Below are positions 1 to 8,788 of a stretch of DNA of 64,000 nucleotides, piece by piece. Below the pieces are notes generated by a model. That model saw nothing but the letters and a program-made list of their open reading frames with translations, did no database searches and was not told where the DNA came from. How positions within the stretch are numbered: position 1 is the first letter of the stretch; every line of letters starts with the position of its first letter. Both the position numbers and the translations under genes were made by a program. The stretch is from Gemmatimonadaceae bacterium (GTDB lineage: Bacteria; Gemmatimonadota; Gemmatimonadetes; Gemmatimonadales; Gemmatimonadaceae), in the NCBI GenBank assembly GCA_051859245.1, contig JBHYGA010000004.1, positions 32,001 through 96,000 of the forward strand. The letters are read 5' to 3'.

Positions 1-133
1 TGAGAGTGCGCGACGGGCTGCTCGTTCTCATTCCCTCTGATGAAGGAGCGACGGGCTCATCCGCACACGACATCATTATGAACAAGGCACTCGCCAGCAA
101 CATGCGTTGGACTGTAGGGATTTTGGTTCTCAT
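1..133 (-). CDS. Putative lipoprotein, 5' part only (runs off the left edge); not in the ORF track
   Basis: Hand translation from ATG at 133 gives MRTKIPTVQRMLLASALFIMMSCADEPVAPSSEGMRTSSPSRTL... with a basic N-region, hydrophobic core and lipobox-like MMS-C. GAGAGG lies 6 nt upstream and the frame is open to base 1. Confidence 0.7.
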   Translation of the reverse strand, partial: MRTKIPTVQRMLLASALFIMMSCADEPVAPSSEGMRTSSPSRTL

Positions 134-370
134 TCCGTGCCTCTCTCATACTTCCGGTTGAGTTGCGACGAGCTGCGGATGTGGTAGACGATTCTGCGCT
201 GCGAACATCTTCAATGTTTGCAGCTTGGGCCAGCCGAGCAATATCGGAATCGGACAACTTTCTTATAGATCCTGATGATTTGCCTCGACGTTGTCGCTTG
301 CGCGCTCGCTAATCTGGCTTCAACATCCAGCGAGTTAGTGATCAACATCGAAGCACCAAAAAACGCTGCC

Positions 371-1582
371 ATGTCAAATAGCTGCGACCTAACGTACGAA
401 CTTCGCCGGCTCGCTCTCGCATGGTTCGATGGCGCCGGGCCCAACACGTATCCACCCGAATGGCTTGAGAGGGCGCTGTTTGCAGCCGCGCCCGATATGC
501 CGCCAGACCTGTCTCCGGAGACTACCGAACCTGCCCCGTACCGCTGGTTGCGACTCGCCTCTGCGCTCGACTTTGTCGGAGACCTCGATGGCGCCCGAGA
601 GCTGCTTGACCGTCTCGAAGCCGCCGTGTCGGCGCATCTTGCCGGAACGGACGCAGGAGAGCTACTAGCTCTCCTGTGTGCACGACGCGGGCGTTTGGCA
701 CGCCAGCGCGGCGAGGTTGACGCCGCCGTTGACTGGTATCAACGTGGCCTCGCTCGAGCCAACGGAGCGCGACACCGAGATGCATGGGGCGCCTGTGTGC
801 AGGGGCTTGCCACGTGCGCGCAGTTTCGTGGTGACAGTGTGACTGCCGAGCGACTTTCCCGTCTAGTGGCGGTTAACCACGCTGTCGTACCTCGTTATGC
901 GCGCGTTGCTGCGATGCTTACACTCGCCGTTATCTACCGGAAGAAGGGTCGTATAGCTGCCGCGCTGCGCTGCGCGTGGCATGCGCACGATCTCGTCGAC
1001 GAGCGCGACGAACGCCGCGGTATGGCGCTCGTCGAGTTGAGCCATCTCGCTCTGTCGCGGGGGGAGTTCGTCGCGGCGCAGCGCGGCTGCAGCGTGATCC
1101 TGTCATTTGCGCGCACCATCCGAGTCCGCCGGCCCGCGCGGTCAGTCGTACTGCTTGCTGCTCTACAGAAATGGCGTTCTAGCGATAGGAGCATCGCGGT
1201 GCGCGACGAACTTCTCCAGCACGCTCAGTTGCTCGTGGACGAAGCGAAGAATGCGCCTGAGCAATGGGAACGCCTTCACGCGAGCTTTGATGCACTCGAC
1301 GCGTATTTGGCTATCAGCGAGCACCAAATGGCGCACCGACTGATCAGTGACTTGAGAGGTGAGGTTGATCTTCTCAGGTTACGTAACGAGTCTGCCGGAT
1401 GGGCTGAGCACCGACTCGCCGAAGCGCAGCGCAACAGCTGCACCCACGACTCGGTCACTGTCGCGACGCCCGCTCACTTTCCTGCGGAGGCCAGAGCTGT
1501 GACGGAAGCGCTGGCTCGGCTCGCTGGTCTCGAGCCGCTGAGTCAGCACCGGACGCAGGTAGCGGATGCATTCACGGAGTAA
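371..1582 (+). CDS. Tetratricopeptide-repeat (TPR)-like all-helical protein
   Basis: Repeated TPR-like units (RGRLARQRGEVDAAVDWYQRGL; GLATCAQFRGDSVTA; LAVIYRKKGRIAAAL; LSHLALSRGEFVAA). ORF opens at 275; ATG 371 is a tentative start. Confidence 0.7.
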   Translation: MSNSCDLTYELRRLALAWFDGAGPNTYPPEWLERALFAAAPDMPPDLSPETTEPAPYRWLRLASALDFVGDLDGARELLDRLEAAVSAHLAGTDAGELLALLCARRGRLARQRGEVDAAVDWYQRGLARANGARHRDAWGACVQGLATCAQFRGDSVTAERLSRLVAVNHAVVPRYARVAAMLTLAVIYRKKGRIAAALRCAWHAHDLVDERDERRGMALVELSHLALSRGEFVAAQRGCSVILSFARTIRVRRPARSVVLLAALQKWRSSDRSIAVRDELLQHAQLLVDEAKNAPEQWERLHASFDALDAYLAISEHQMAHRLISDLRGEVDLLRLRNESAGWAEHRLAEAQRNSCTHDSVTVATPAHFPAEARAVTEALARLAGLEPLSQHRTQVADAFTE

Positions 1583-1601
1583 ACACAGGCGGCTAGTCGG
1601 C

Positions 1602-2438
1602 ATGAGCGACAGGATCGAGACGCTCGGCCTCTCAGAGAACGAAGTGGATTGTGTGCGGAAGGCCGCAGGCCGCGAGTGGGAGGTTGTGGTCGGCACCTTA
1701 TCGATGTTCGCGCACACGGATGAGTTCGCCGAGCGGACAGTTCGTGTTTCCTCGCTCGCGTGCTTAGAAGCGATGCACGCGGACTCGGCTGCGTCTGCCC
1801 CTGTATCAAACCTTCGTTTAGTTTTGTTGCTACCAGCCGACGCATGCGGCGAACGACAACGATGGAGTGCGCACGTAGCGGCCAAAGCCCACATCGTCCT
1901 CACCAAGCTCCCAAGTACTGTTCTAGCACTGCACGAAGCGCTGCACAAAGTACGATACGATGCGGTGGCCCAGTCGATCGTGGGACGCTTCGGCAAGTCG
2001 CGAGATGACCTGCCCAGCCGGGCCCTCGTAGCGGCGGTCCGGCTCGCGCCGAGCGCTCGCAATGTGCCGTCGCTCGCTCGAATGTTGCACATGACAGAGC
2101 GCACGTTGCGACGTCAGTTGGACGCCGCCTGTCCCAACCTCGCCCCTCACCGACTGCCGAACTGGGCGTGCGTTCTGCACAGCGCATGGCATCTCGGCGC
2201 TTCCTACCAATCATTCGAACGCGTGGCGCAACAAGCCGGTGCGTCCGCCCCGTCCAACCTGCACCGCCTGTTGCGCGCCTATACGGGATACTCTGCGGGC
2301 GAGCTACGGGCCATGTCTTCGGAACCGATCGCGACTGCACTTGCAGCCTGGCGAGCGGAGCTGTCAGGAACGAAATCGTCGTCTCAGAAGCGCAGACTGC
2401 GAGCGAGTGCTAGCGACGGCGCGGATTCAAAGTATTGA
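1602..2438 (+). CDS. AraC-like helix-turn-helix transcriptional regulator
   Basis: C-terminal double HTH: LARMLHMTERTLRRQL ... SFERVAQQAGASAPSNLHRLLRAYTGYSAGELR. Confidence 0.75.
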   Translation: MSDRIETLGLSENEVDCVRKAAGREWEVVVGTLSMFAHTDEFAERTVRVSSLACLEAMHADSAASAPVSNLRLVLLLPADACGERQRWSAHVAAKAHIVLTKLPSTVLALHEALHKVRYDAVAQSIVGRFGKSRDDLPSRALVAAVRLAPSARNVPSLARMLHMTERTLRRQLDAACPNLAPHRLPNWACVLHSAWHLGASYQSFERVAQQAGASAPSNLHRLLRAYTGYSAGELRAMSSEPIATALAAWRAELSGTKSSSQKRRLRASASDGADSKY

Positions 2439-2766
2439 CTGGATCGGCGTTCGGATCGCAGCTCTTTACGCGTGCGGCTCGCTGATTACTCAGAACTTTG
2501 AGCTCTACTCCGGCAGATGTCGCTGGTTTTTCTACGCGCCTTAGCACCGAAGGGTATATCCTTTGCATCTCCGAGAGCTCCCCCACGAATTAGCCGGCTA
2601 AGGTCGAACCGGGCGCTACTGGCGGACGCGATTACTGGAGCCCGCGAGTTGTTACTCGTTTGCGGCCGCCGGGTAACTTGAGAATGCGACTGTTTTCGAT
2701 CAGCGCATGGAGATCGATCCGTCTTCACCTTATGACTACGCAAAATTCTCGCGAACTATCGACATC

Positions 2767-3375
2767 TTAACCGTTAATCGAGGCGGTCTCTAGATTTCGC
2801 AGCGTGATGATGCGCGTTTGACCGTGTTGTGCAGCGAGTGTGCGCGCCGCGTGTGCACGTGCGTTGCGCGCGAGTTGTTGTTCAATCCACGCCACCACAA
2901 TCGCAAACCGCTCGGCCACGGTGTGTGCGTCGTAACAACGCGACGCGAGCTGCGCCGACGCCGCGTCCGTCACATCATGCAGATCAATGGTGCAGTCGGC
3001 CGTCTCGGTGAGCGGCGTACCGAGCACACGATAGGCTCCAATCGGCGTGAGACGAATGCCGAGCACGCAGCAGTGCGCGTTGGGCGATTCGATGACGACG
3101 GGTCGTGTTTGCGAACCCGTGAGGCACGCGACAGGAAAGAGTGCGCCTGATGTGCCGTCGGCGTGTACGTCCCGAAACTGCGGGCCGAGATGCAGAATGA
3201 TTTCGAGATAACCACCGGGAAACGTGCGCTCGCGCGGCAGCGCCATGCGTCCGTCAAAGTGCCACAGGTGGTCGAGCACATCGCGCAGCGCGGGCACGCG
3301 GTGCTCGTGGTGCGTCCACTGGCCGAGTGAGGAGTCGATCGAGATCGCGTCAGGCATTTGCGCGTTCGCGGTCAT
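2767..3375 (-). pseudogene. AraC-family regulator N-terminal (DUF6597-like) domain, HTH half missing
   Basis: N-terminal ERTFPGGYLEIILHLG and GIRLTPIGAYRVLG are typical of this AraC subfamily. The ORF ends (HGQTRIITLR-NLETASING*) where the HTH should begin, and I found no continuation in other frames. Confidence 0.6.
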
Positions 3376-3914
3376 GATGCACGATCCGTTTCATCCGCCG
3401 GGAATGCGCCATCCAACGCTTCCCTGAACGAGTCGGGATCGATCGCAGGGTACCGAAACAACTCTGGTTCCATGCGCGAGAACTGCCGTCTCACTTCTTC
3501 TGGGTCGATTAATCCACGTTCGCGCATCGCTTTGACATCGGCAAGATCCCGCGCATGGCCCCGCTCAATCTTTGCCAGTGCTTGCGCGGTGAAGTCGTAG
3601 TGATAGAACGTCACCCGACCAATACGCGTGATGACAGGACTTCGATCTTGCCATCCCTGTGGTACCGGAATGAATTGATCCGGCGCTGCGAGCTCCACGT
3701 TCAGTCGCATCCGCTCCTTCAAGGTCGGAATCGCGCGCAGCATCGCGTCGGATTCCGGTTGCATCACGAGGTCTACATCGACCGTGGACGTACGCCAGCC
3801 GATCAACACGGCCGAGGTCCCGCCGACCAGGTAGACATTCGTCTCTGCAGTCGCTTCGCGCGCGAGCGCCTGCAGGAACGCCTCAATGCGAGGCTTGTCC
3901 GCTATCTCACGCAT
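3372..3914 (-). CDS. DUF6036-like nucleotidyltransferase
   Basis: NTase signature LVGGTSAVL...RTSTVDVDL and C-terminal ALAKIERGHARDLAD. Confidence 0.75.
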   Translation of the reverse strand: MREIADKPRIEAFLQALAREATAETNVYLVGGTSAVLIGWRTSTVDVDLVMQPESDAMLRAIPTLKERMRLNVELAAPDQFIPVPQGWQDRSPVITRIGRVTFYHYDFTAQALAKIERGHARDLADVKAMRERGLIDPEEVRRQFSRMEPELFRYPAIDPDSFREALDGAFPADETDRAS

Positions 3915-4213
3915 GCGCTTGCACGTCGAAAGCTCACGATTCGCCGCACGAGCGAGTTGTACCGCGAGTGCGCACCGTCTCCGTGTTCGATCGATAGCAG
4001 ACGATACAACTTGAGTTCAGGATCCGGGAACGGCGTGGGCACAACGAGCCCAACGTTTCGTAGCGCGGGTGCCGCAAGCGATACCAAAAGGGATTCGATG
4101 GTCTCGACCCCGTCGCGCAAATCGCGAATGCCCTGCTCCACCAGCTCCGCGCCAGGCAACCCGTGCGTGTCCATCTGGTGAATGTACCGCTGGAGATCGC
4201 TCGTCGCCTCCAC
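3902..4213 (-). CDS. Small helical protein coupled to the NTase (candidate antitoxin/partner)
   Basis: 103-aa ORF (alternative ATG at MDTHGLPG) overlapping the NTase start by 13 nt; motifs LPGAELVEQG and AHSRYNSLVRRIVSF. Confidence 0.7.
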   Translation of the reverse strand: MEATSDLQRYIHQMDTHGLPGAELVEQGIRDLRDGVETIESLLVSLAAPALRNVGLVVPTPFPDPELKLYRLLSIEHGDGAHSRYNSLVRRIVSFRRASACVR

Positions 4214-4492
4214 GAAAACACCTCTTCCGGCGGCACCCCTGGTAATCCCCCCCGCTATTCACGGACGCGAGCAGTGGAGTTAATCCGCAAGTGCAAGCTT
4301 CATTGACGGCGGAACAGCGGGGCGGCGCGGGCGTACCGACGAAGAACGGGTGCCGGATTTCATCGGGTCTGTCGCCTGACCTGCTCGCGACTGTTGGGCC
4401 AGGATGCTCCGCGGACGAGACACCTTCGCACGCTCTCGTGCGTCACGTCGCGCGCGCCGGCGCGCGCAACGGCGCTCGAATGTGCAGACCAC

Positions 4493-4876
4493 CTATCGCG
4501 GCGGTTTGGACGTAATCGGCGGTCTGCGCCCGCGTTGCACACCGGCTGGGGTTCCGGCTCCGGCGGATTCACCTGCCGGTCCCCACGTGCATGTTTTCAC
4601 ATCGCCAATATCGATTTCGGCGAAGACCTTCTCCGACACTTTGCAGGTCGAGCCGTCGTCGGCGAGCAGCGTGTGCGTGCCGGATTTGGCAGCGACAGAC
4701 TTTGGGGAGACGGAGTAGCCGCGAGGAAGGGGGATGCAGGCGCTCAACAGACTCGCGCAACCGACAAGCGTGGCGTACGCGACCATCAGCGCGGACCGGC
4801 CGGCATACCGTAGCCACAGGCCAGACAACACTGCACCAGTCAAGAAAGGAGGTGTGTACAGTGGAACCTGCGCCAT
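4493..4876 (-). CDS. Hypothetical membrane protein/lipoprotein
   Basis: ATG 4876 preceded by GGGAGAG; hydrophobic N-terminus with LLSA-C, then a short Cys-containing beta-rich segment and a Pro/Gly tail. Confidence 0.5.
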   Translation of the reverse strand: MAQVPLYTPPFLTGAVLSGLWLRYAGRSALMVAYATLVGCASLLSACIPLPRGYSVSPKSVAAKSGTHTLLADDGSTCKVSEKVFAEIDIGDVKTCTWGPAGESAGAGTPAGVQRGRRPPITSKPPR

Positions 4877-4972
4877 GGGCTCTCTCCCAACGGTAAATCG
4901 ATGATTCTTCGTCGCGAACCGATACAACCGCGTGTGCGGCAGCAGCGCCGCGCGATCTCGCCCTTCGCAAAC

Positions 4973-5010
4973 TCGAAGCGCCCCGAACCCTGGCGGCCGG
5001 AGCGCTTCGA
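4973..5010 (-). terminator. Hairpin downstream of tRNA-Cys
   Basis: TCGAAGCGC...GCGCTTCGA 9-bp arms with further internal pairing; weak U tract (GTTTG) on the minus strand. Confidence 0.45.
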
Positions 5011-5038
5011 TCACAGTTGTAAACTCGCTGACCTTTAG

Positions 5039-5110
5039 AGGCGCCGGTCGGAATCGAACCGACGAATACAGGATTTGCAGTCCCGGGCCTTACCACTTGG
5101 CTACGGCGCC
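5039..5110 (-). tRNA. tRNA-Cys (GCA), CCA not encoded
   Basis: GGCGCCGTAGCCAAGTGGTAAGGCCCGGGACTGCAAATCCTGTATTCGTCGGTTCGATTCCGACCGGCGCCT: 7-bp acceptor stem, anticodon loop CTGCAAA, GTTCGA T-loop, U73 discriminator; followed by CTA. Confidence 0.97.
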
Positions 5111-5200
5111 GTGCCGATCCATGCAAGATGAAACAGCTCGGCGCGCTGGGCAAGCGCCAAGCGCGACGGACTGCGACCTCAGAGGACTCGAACTAACCGG

Positions 5201-6052
5201 CTACCGTGGTTTGGTGACGGGGAGTCGCTGCAGCCGGTAAATCGTTGCCGCCAGCGCCAACACGGTCACTGCCACCGCCCACGCCGCCGAGGTGCCCGCG
5301 GCCGGTGCTGTCGCAAACGCGCCCGCCCCCTGCTCCGCCGGCTGAACAAAGTGCTGCGTGATGCCCAGCAGCACCTGCTTGGCGCTCAGATAGCGCACCG
5401 CAGGCACCGCCGAGCTGATCGTGCCCTCCCACACCAGCACGTAGAGCAGCCCCACCAGCAGCGAACGACGCAGCCACACGGCGAGCGCCAGAAACACGGC
5501 CGAGTACACCGCCGCACCCACCACACTGCCAATCGCAAACGCGCGCATCACGCCGGTGGGCTCAGCGCCACCTCCGGCAATCAGGCCGGTGCCAATTACC
5601 GCTGCCAATACGAGCACACTGGTACACACCGTCGCGAACACCCAACGCACCACACCGAGCATCGCGCGCGACGTGGTGGTGGTGAGCAAATACAAAATAG
5701 TGCCGTCTTCACGCTCGGCACTCGTGGCACCGGCGGCCGTTACCAGTGCGGCGAGCGGCAACAACATGGACACGACCAGCGCGTTGTACCGTGTGAGCAG
5801 AAACTCAGCGAGGTTCGCGTCATCACCGCCGGTGCTGCGATAAATAAACGCAAACAGAATCGGCAGCGCAGCAATCAGCGCCCCAAGCACCAGCGGCAGC
5901 GGGCGCACCGTGCGCGCAATCGTAAGGCGCAGCAGCGCGCCAATGCGCGCACCGGTCATGCCACCGACGGTGGCCATCGTACCGCCACTCAGCGTTGCAC
6001 GCGTCGCTGAAATCGCGGCAGCATTGTTCTCGGCATTCATTCCCGTACTCAT
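5201..6052 (-). CDS. ABC-2 type transporter permease
   Basis: About 6 hydrophobic segments and the motif ERED-GTILYLL; ATGA overlap with the upstream ATPase. Confidence 0.85.
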   Translation of the reverse strand: MSTGMNAENNAAAISATRATLSGGTMATVGGMTGARIGALLRLTIARTVRPLPLVLGALIAALPILFAFIYRSTGGDDANLAEFLLTRYNALVVSMLLPLAALVTAAGATSAEREDGTILYLLTTTTSRAMLGVVRWVFATVCTSVLVLAAVIGTGLIAGGGAEPTGVMRAFAIGSVVGAAVYSAVFLALAVWLRRSLLVGLLYVLVWEGTISSAVPAVRYLSAKQVLLGITQHFVQPAEQGAGAFATAPAAGTSAAWAVAVTVLALAATIYRLQRLPVTKPR

Positions 6053-6963
6053 CGCTGCACCAGATACGAGAAGACATGTTCGAGCGATTCGTCAGCCGGA
6101 CGCACCTCGTAGAGCGACACACCAAGCATACGTGCAGCGACCGGCAGCGCTCTTGCAACTGCGGCATGATCGGTCACGCGCAGAGTAAGACGCGCATCAT
6201 CCAGCGACACACCCAGCACCGACGCATTCGACACAAGCGATCCCGCCAACGCACGATCATCACTCGAACGCACATGCACCGTGTGAGGCCGGTCTGTCAT
6301 GAGCCTACGCAGCTCACGATGATCACCACTTGCTGCCAACCGTCCGGCCACAACCACGAGCACCCGCGACGCAATGCCTTCGACTTCTTCAAGAATGTGC
6401 GAGCTGAAAACGACAGCCGTTCCACCAGCCGCCTGTGCATCCAGCAGCTGCATCATTTGCGCACGCTGACGCGGATCCAGCCCGTTGAATGGTTCGTCGA
6501 GCAGCACAAGACGCGGTTCATGTACCAGCGCAGCGGCGAGTTTGGCGCGCTGCTTCATGCCTTTCGAAAACCCGCCGAGTGCACGATCCTGCGCGTCAAG
6601 CAGTTGCACACGCTCCAGCGCGCGCTGCGCTGCGTCTGCGGGCTTTGCTACGCCGAGCAGTGCCGCACGCGCTGTCACGAATTGTCTTGGTGTGAGCATA
6701 CCAGGTACCGCTTCCGCTTCCGGCACCAGTGCCACATTCGCATAAGTGCCAACCGCACCAAACGGATTCTCACCGAACACGCGCACGGTGCCGCCCGACG
6801 CTGGCAACAATCCGGACGCCAGTTGCAACAGCGTGGTTTTTCCGGCGCCATTTGGCCCGAGCAGTCCGGTAATGCCCGGCTCGACTGTACAGGTGATGTC
6901 ATTCACCGCAACAACATCACCAAACCAGCGCGACGTGTTCGTAAATACGAGCGGCGTGTTCAT
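6049..6963 (-). CDS. ABC transporter ATP-binding protein
   Basis: Walker A GPNGAGKT, signature FSKGMKQR, Walker B LVLLDEP, SSH loop; start at ATG 6963 overlapping the upstream stop. Confidence 0.95.
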   Translation of the reverse strand: MNTPLVFTNTSRWFGDVVAVNDITCTVEPGITGLLGPNGAGKTTLLQLASGLLPASGGTVRVFGENPFGAVGTYANVALVPEAEAVPGMLTPRQFVTARAALLGVAKPADAAQRALERVQLLDAQDRALGGFSKGMKQRAKLAAALVHEPRLVLLDEPFNGLDPRQRAQMMQLLDAQAAGGTAVVFSSHILEEVEGIASRVLVVVAGRLAASGDHRELRRLMTDRPHTVHVRSSDDRALAGSLVSNASVLGVSLDDARLTLRVTDHAAVARALPVAARMLGVSLYEVRPADESLEHVFSYLVQR

Positions 6964-7814
6964 GCGTCCACCGCGCGCGCACGCCACCAGATGGCACCAA
7001 GCGACACCCCCACGTACGCAGCCAGCACCGATACATACACACCGAGCGGATGCGCGATGGTACGCACCACGCGCCGCGCGGGTTCGTCGAACAACAAGCG
7101 GCTGCAGAAATCGAGCACCACAATGGGATTAAACAGCTGCGCGGTTTTTGTTTCCAGCACCGACGTGCTGCCGAGCGCAGTCGTGGCAGCGCCGAGCACA
7201 ATGAACAATCCAACGGCGGTAGCCGTGGCGAGATGTCGACGCGGTGTCCAGAATGCGATCGCCGATGTCACCGTGCCGAGCAAGGCAGACGCGAGCAACG
7301 ATACAGCGAGAATCGGTCCGATCGTAGCCCAACGCTCCTGAAACGCGGCCACCGTGTCTTCCGCCATGCCAATGCCCCCGAACAACAGCACCAGCTGCGG
7401 AATGAGCACCATGCAAAAGATTGCGACCAGTACGGACATCAAGCGCGCCGACGCGTATTGCATGCGCGACAAATCACGCGAGAACATGAGTGGCAATACA
7501 CGGTTGGCCTGATCGCGACTGAACAGCTCGGGTGACTGCGCCGCGGCAAACAGAATGTACAGAATCGACACACCGGTGAAGTACGCCGCGTGTCGAATGG
7601 GCATGCCCGTTTCCGACGACACGAACACCGAAATGAACGCCGGAATGTTTGACATGATGAGCACGAACACGGGCAGCGCCTTGGCGCGCGCCGGTCGACC
7701 GAGTCCGAACAACGTGCGGATGCCGTGTGTAAACAACGCACTCCACGCGGCGCGCGACGACAGCCGTTCACCGTCGTAGCGACGGTAACCGAGATCGTGA
7801 ATAGTGCTCGTCAC
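6960..7814 (-). CDS. ABC transporter permease
   Basis: N-terminal IHDLGYRRYDGER and multiple TM helices; lies between two ABC ATPases. Confidence 0.85.
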   Translation of the reverse strand: MTSTIHDLGYRRYDGERLSSRAAWSALFTHGIRTLFGLGRPARAKALPVFVLIMSNIPAFISVFVSSETGMPIRHAAYFTGVSILYILFAAAQSPELFSRDQANRVLPLMFSRDLSRMQYASARLMSVLVAIFCMVLIPQLVLLFGGIGMAEDTVAAFQERWATIGPILAVSLLASALLGTVTSAIAFWTPRRHLATATAVGLFIVLGAATTALGSTSVLETKTAQLFNPIVVLDFCSRLLFDEPARRVVRTIAHPLGVYVSVLAAYVGVSLGAIWWRARAVDA

Positions 7815-8785
7815 GCGACACGCTCCGGCGCAAACGCGACAGCACTGCCCGTCGAGGCGGAACCAGTATCGGCGTTGCTGGCGAACAAAGCGTCAAGCCG
7901 CGTGCGTCCACGTTCCAGTCGCAACAATCCCGCGCCCGCCGCAACACACGCGTCACGCACCGCGTCAGCCGCACGCGCTGCGACTTCGCGATCACCCGCT
8001 GGCAGCATCAATACGAAGCCTGTTCGATCTCGCGTCACCGTCCACTGTGCGTTCACCAGCGCGTTGATCACACCGTCTACATCACCGTCTACTTCGATCG
8101 CGAGCTGCGGAATTTCACTGGTCAGCGCATCCACCGCGATCTGATGTTGCAGCGCACCGCGCTCAATGGCCACAATGCTCGTGCACGTACGTTCCAGTTC
8201 GCCAAGCAAATGCGACGACACCAACACGCTGATGCCAAACTCGCGCCCCGTGCGCCGCACCAGCGCGAGCATTTCATCGCGACCGGCCGGATCAAGTCCG
8301 TTGGTGGGTTCATCAAGCACCAGCAACCGCGGATCATGCACGAGCGCCTGCGCCAACTTCACACGCTGCTGCATGCCTGTTGAGTACGTGCCCATGGGGC
8401 GATAGCGCTCTTCGAACAAACCCACATGTCGGAGGACTTCGGCCGCCCGTTCGCGCGCCGCCGTTCGCGGCAATCCGGAAAGCTGACCGAGATGCATCAC
8501 AAACTCGGCCGCGCTTGCATCGGGCGGCAAACAATCGTGCTCCGGCATGTAACCCACGAGTCGGCGAATCAGCGTACGATCACGCACCACATCGTGACCG
8601 AGCACGGTGGCATTGCCGCCGCTCGGCTCGAGCAGCCCAAGCAGAATGCGCAAGAAGGTGCTCTTGCCCGCACCGTTGGCGCCCACGATTCCGGTTATGC
8701 CCGCCGGAATTGAGACGCTCAATGCATCGAGCGCCGTGACGGCCCCGAAGCGGCGTGTGAGCGCGGTGGCCGTAACGACGTCGAT
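7811..8785 (-). CDS. ABC transporter ATP-binding protein (start uncertain; possibly ATC at 8785)
   Basis: Walker A GANGAGKS, YSTGMQQR, LLVLDEP. The typical ABC N-terminus (IDVVTATALTRRFGAVTALDAL) lies upstream of the TTG at 8722 used by the ORF track. Confidence 0.9.
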   Translation of the reverse strand: MDVVTATALTRRFGAVTALDALSVSIPAGITGIVGANGAGKSTFLRILLGLLEPSGGNATVLGHDVVRDRTLIRRLVGYMPEHDCLPPDASAAEFVMHLGQLSGLPRTAARERAAEVLRHVGLFEERYRPMGTYSTGMQQRVKLAQALVHDPRLLVLDEPTNGLDPAGRDEMLALVRRTGREFGISVLVSSHLLGELERTCTSIVAIERGALQHQIAVDALTSEIPQLAIEVDGDVDGVINALVNAQWTVTRDRTGFVLMLPAGDREVAARAADAVRDACVAAGAGLLRLERGRTRLDALFASNADTGSASTGSAVAFAPERVA

Positions 8786-8788
8786 GGC

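Noticed and set aside
57..257. 66-aa ORF with a Cys-containing tail, considered as a RiPP precursor
   Set aside because: TTG start, no modifying enzymes nearby, and another frame on the same strand encodes a more convincing lipoprotein signal with an RBS.
3723..3733. 11-bp match (GGTCGGAATCG) to the tRNA-Cys T-arm as a possible att site
   Set aside because: Short, inside an intact CDS, and lacks the acceptor-stem end; chance is sufficient.
4280..4492. Short ORFs, an HPFFVGT peptide fragment and an 18-bp GC palindrome (4450-4467)
   Set aside because: Too short to support a gene remnant; GC-only palindromes are expected at this composition.
5995..7341. 448-aa plus-strand ORF and similar long antisense ORFs (20083-21234, 23555-24703, 52662-54215)
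   Set aside because: Shadow frames opposite well-supported genes in high-GC DNA; no recognisable motifs.
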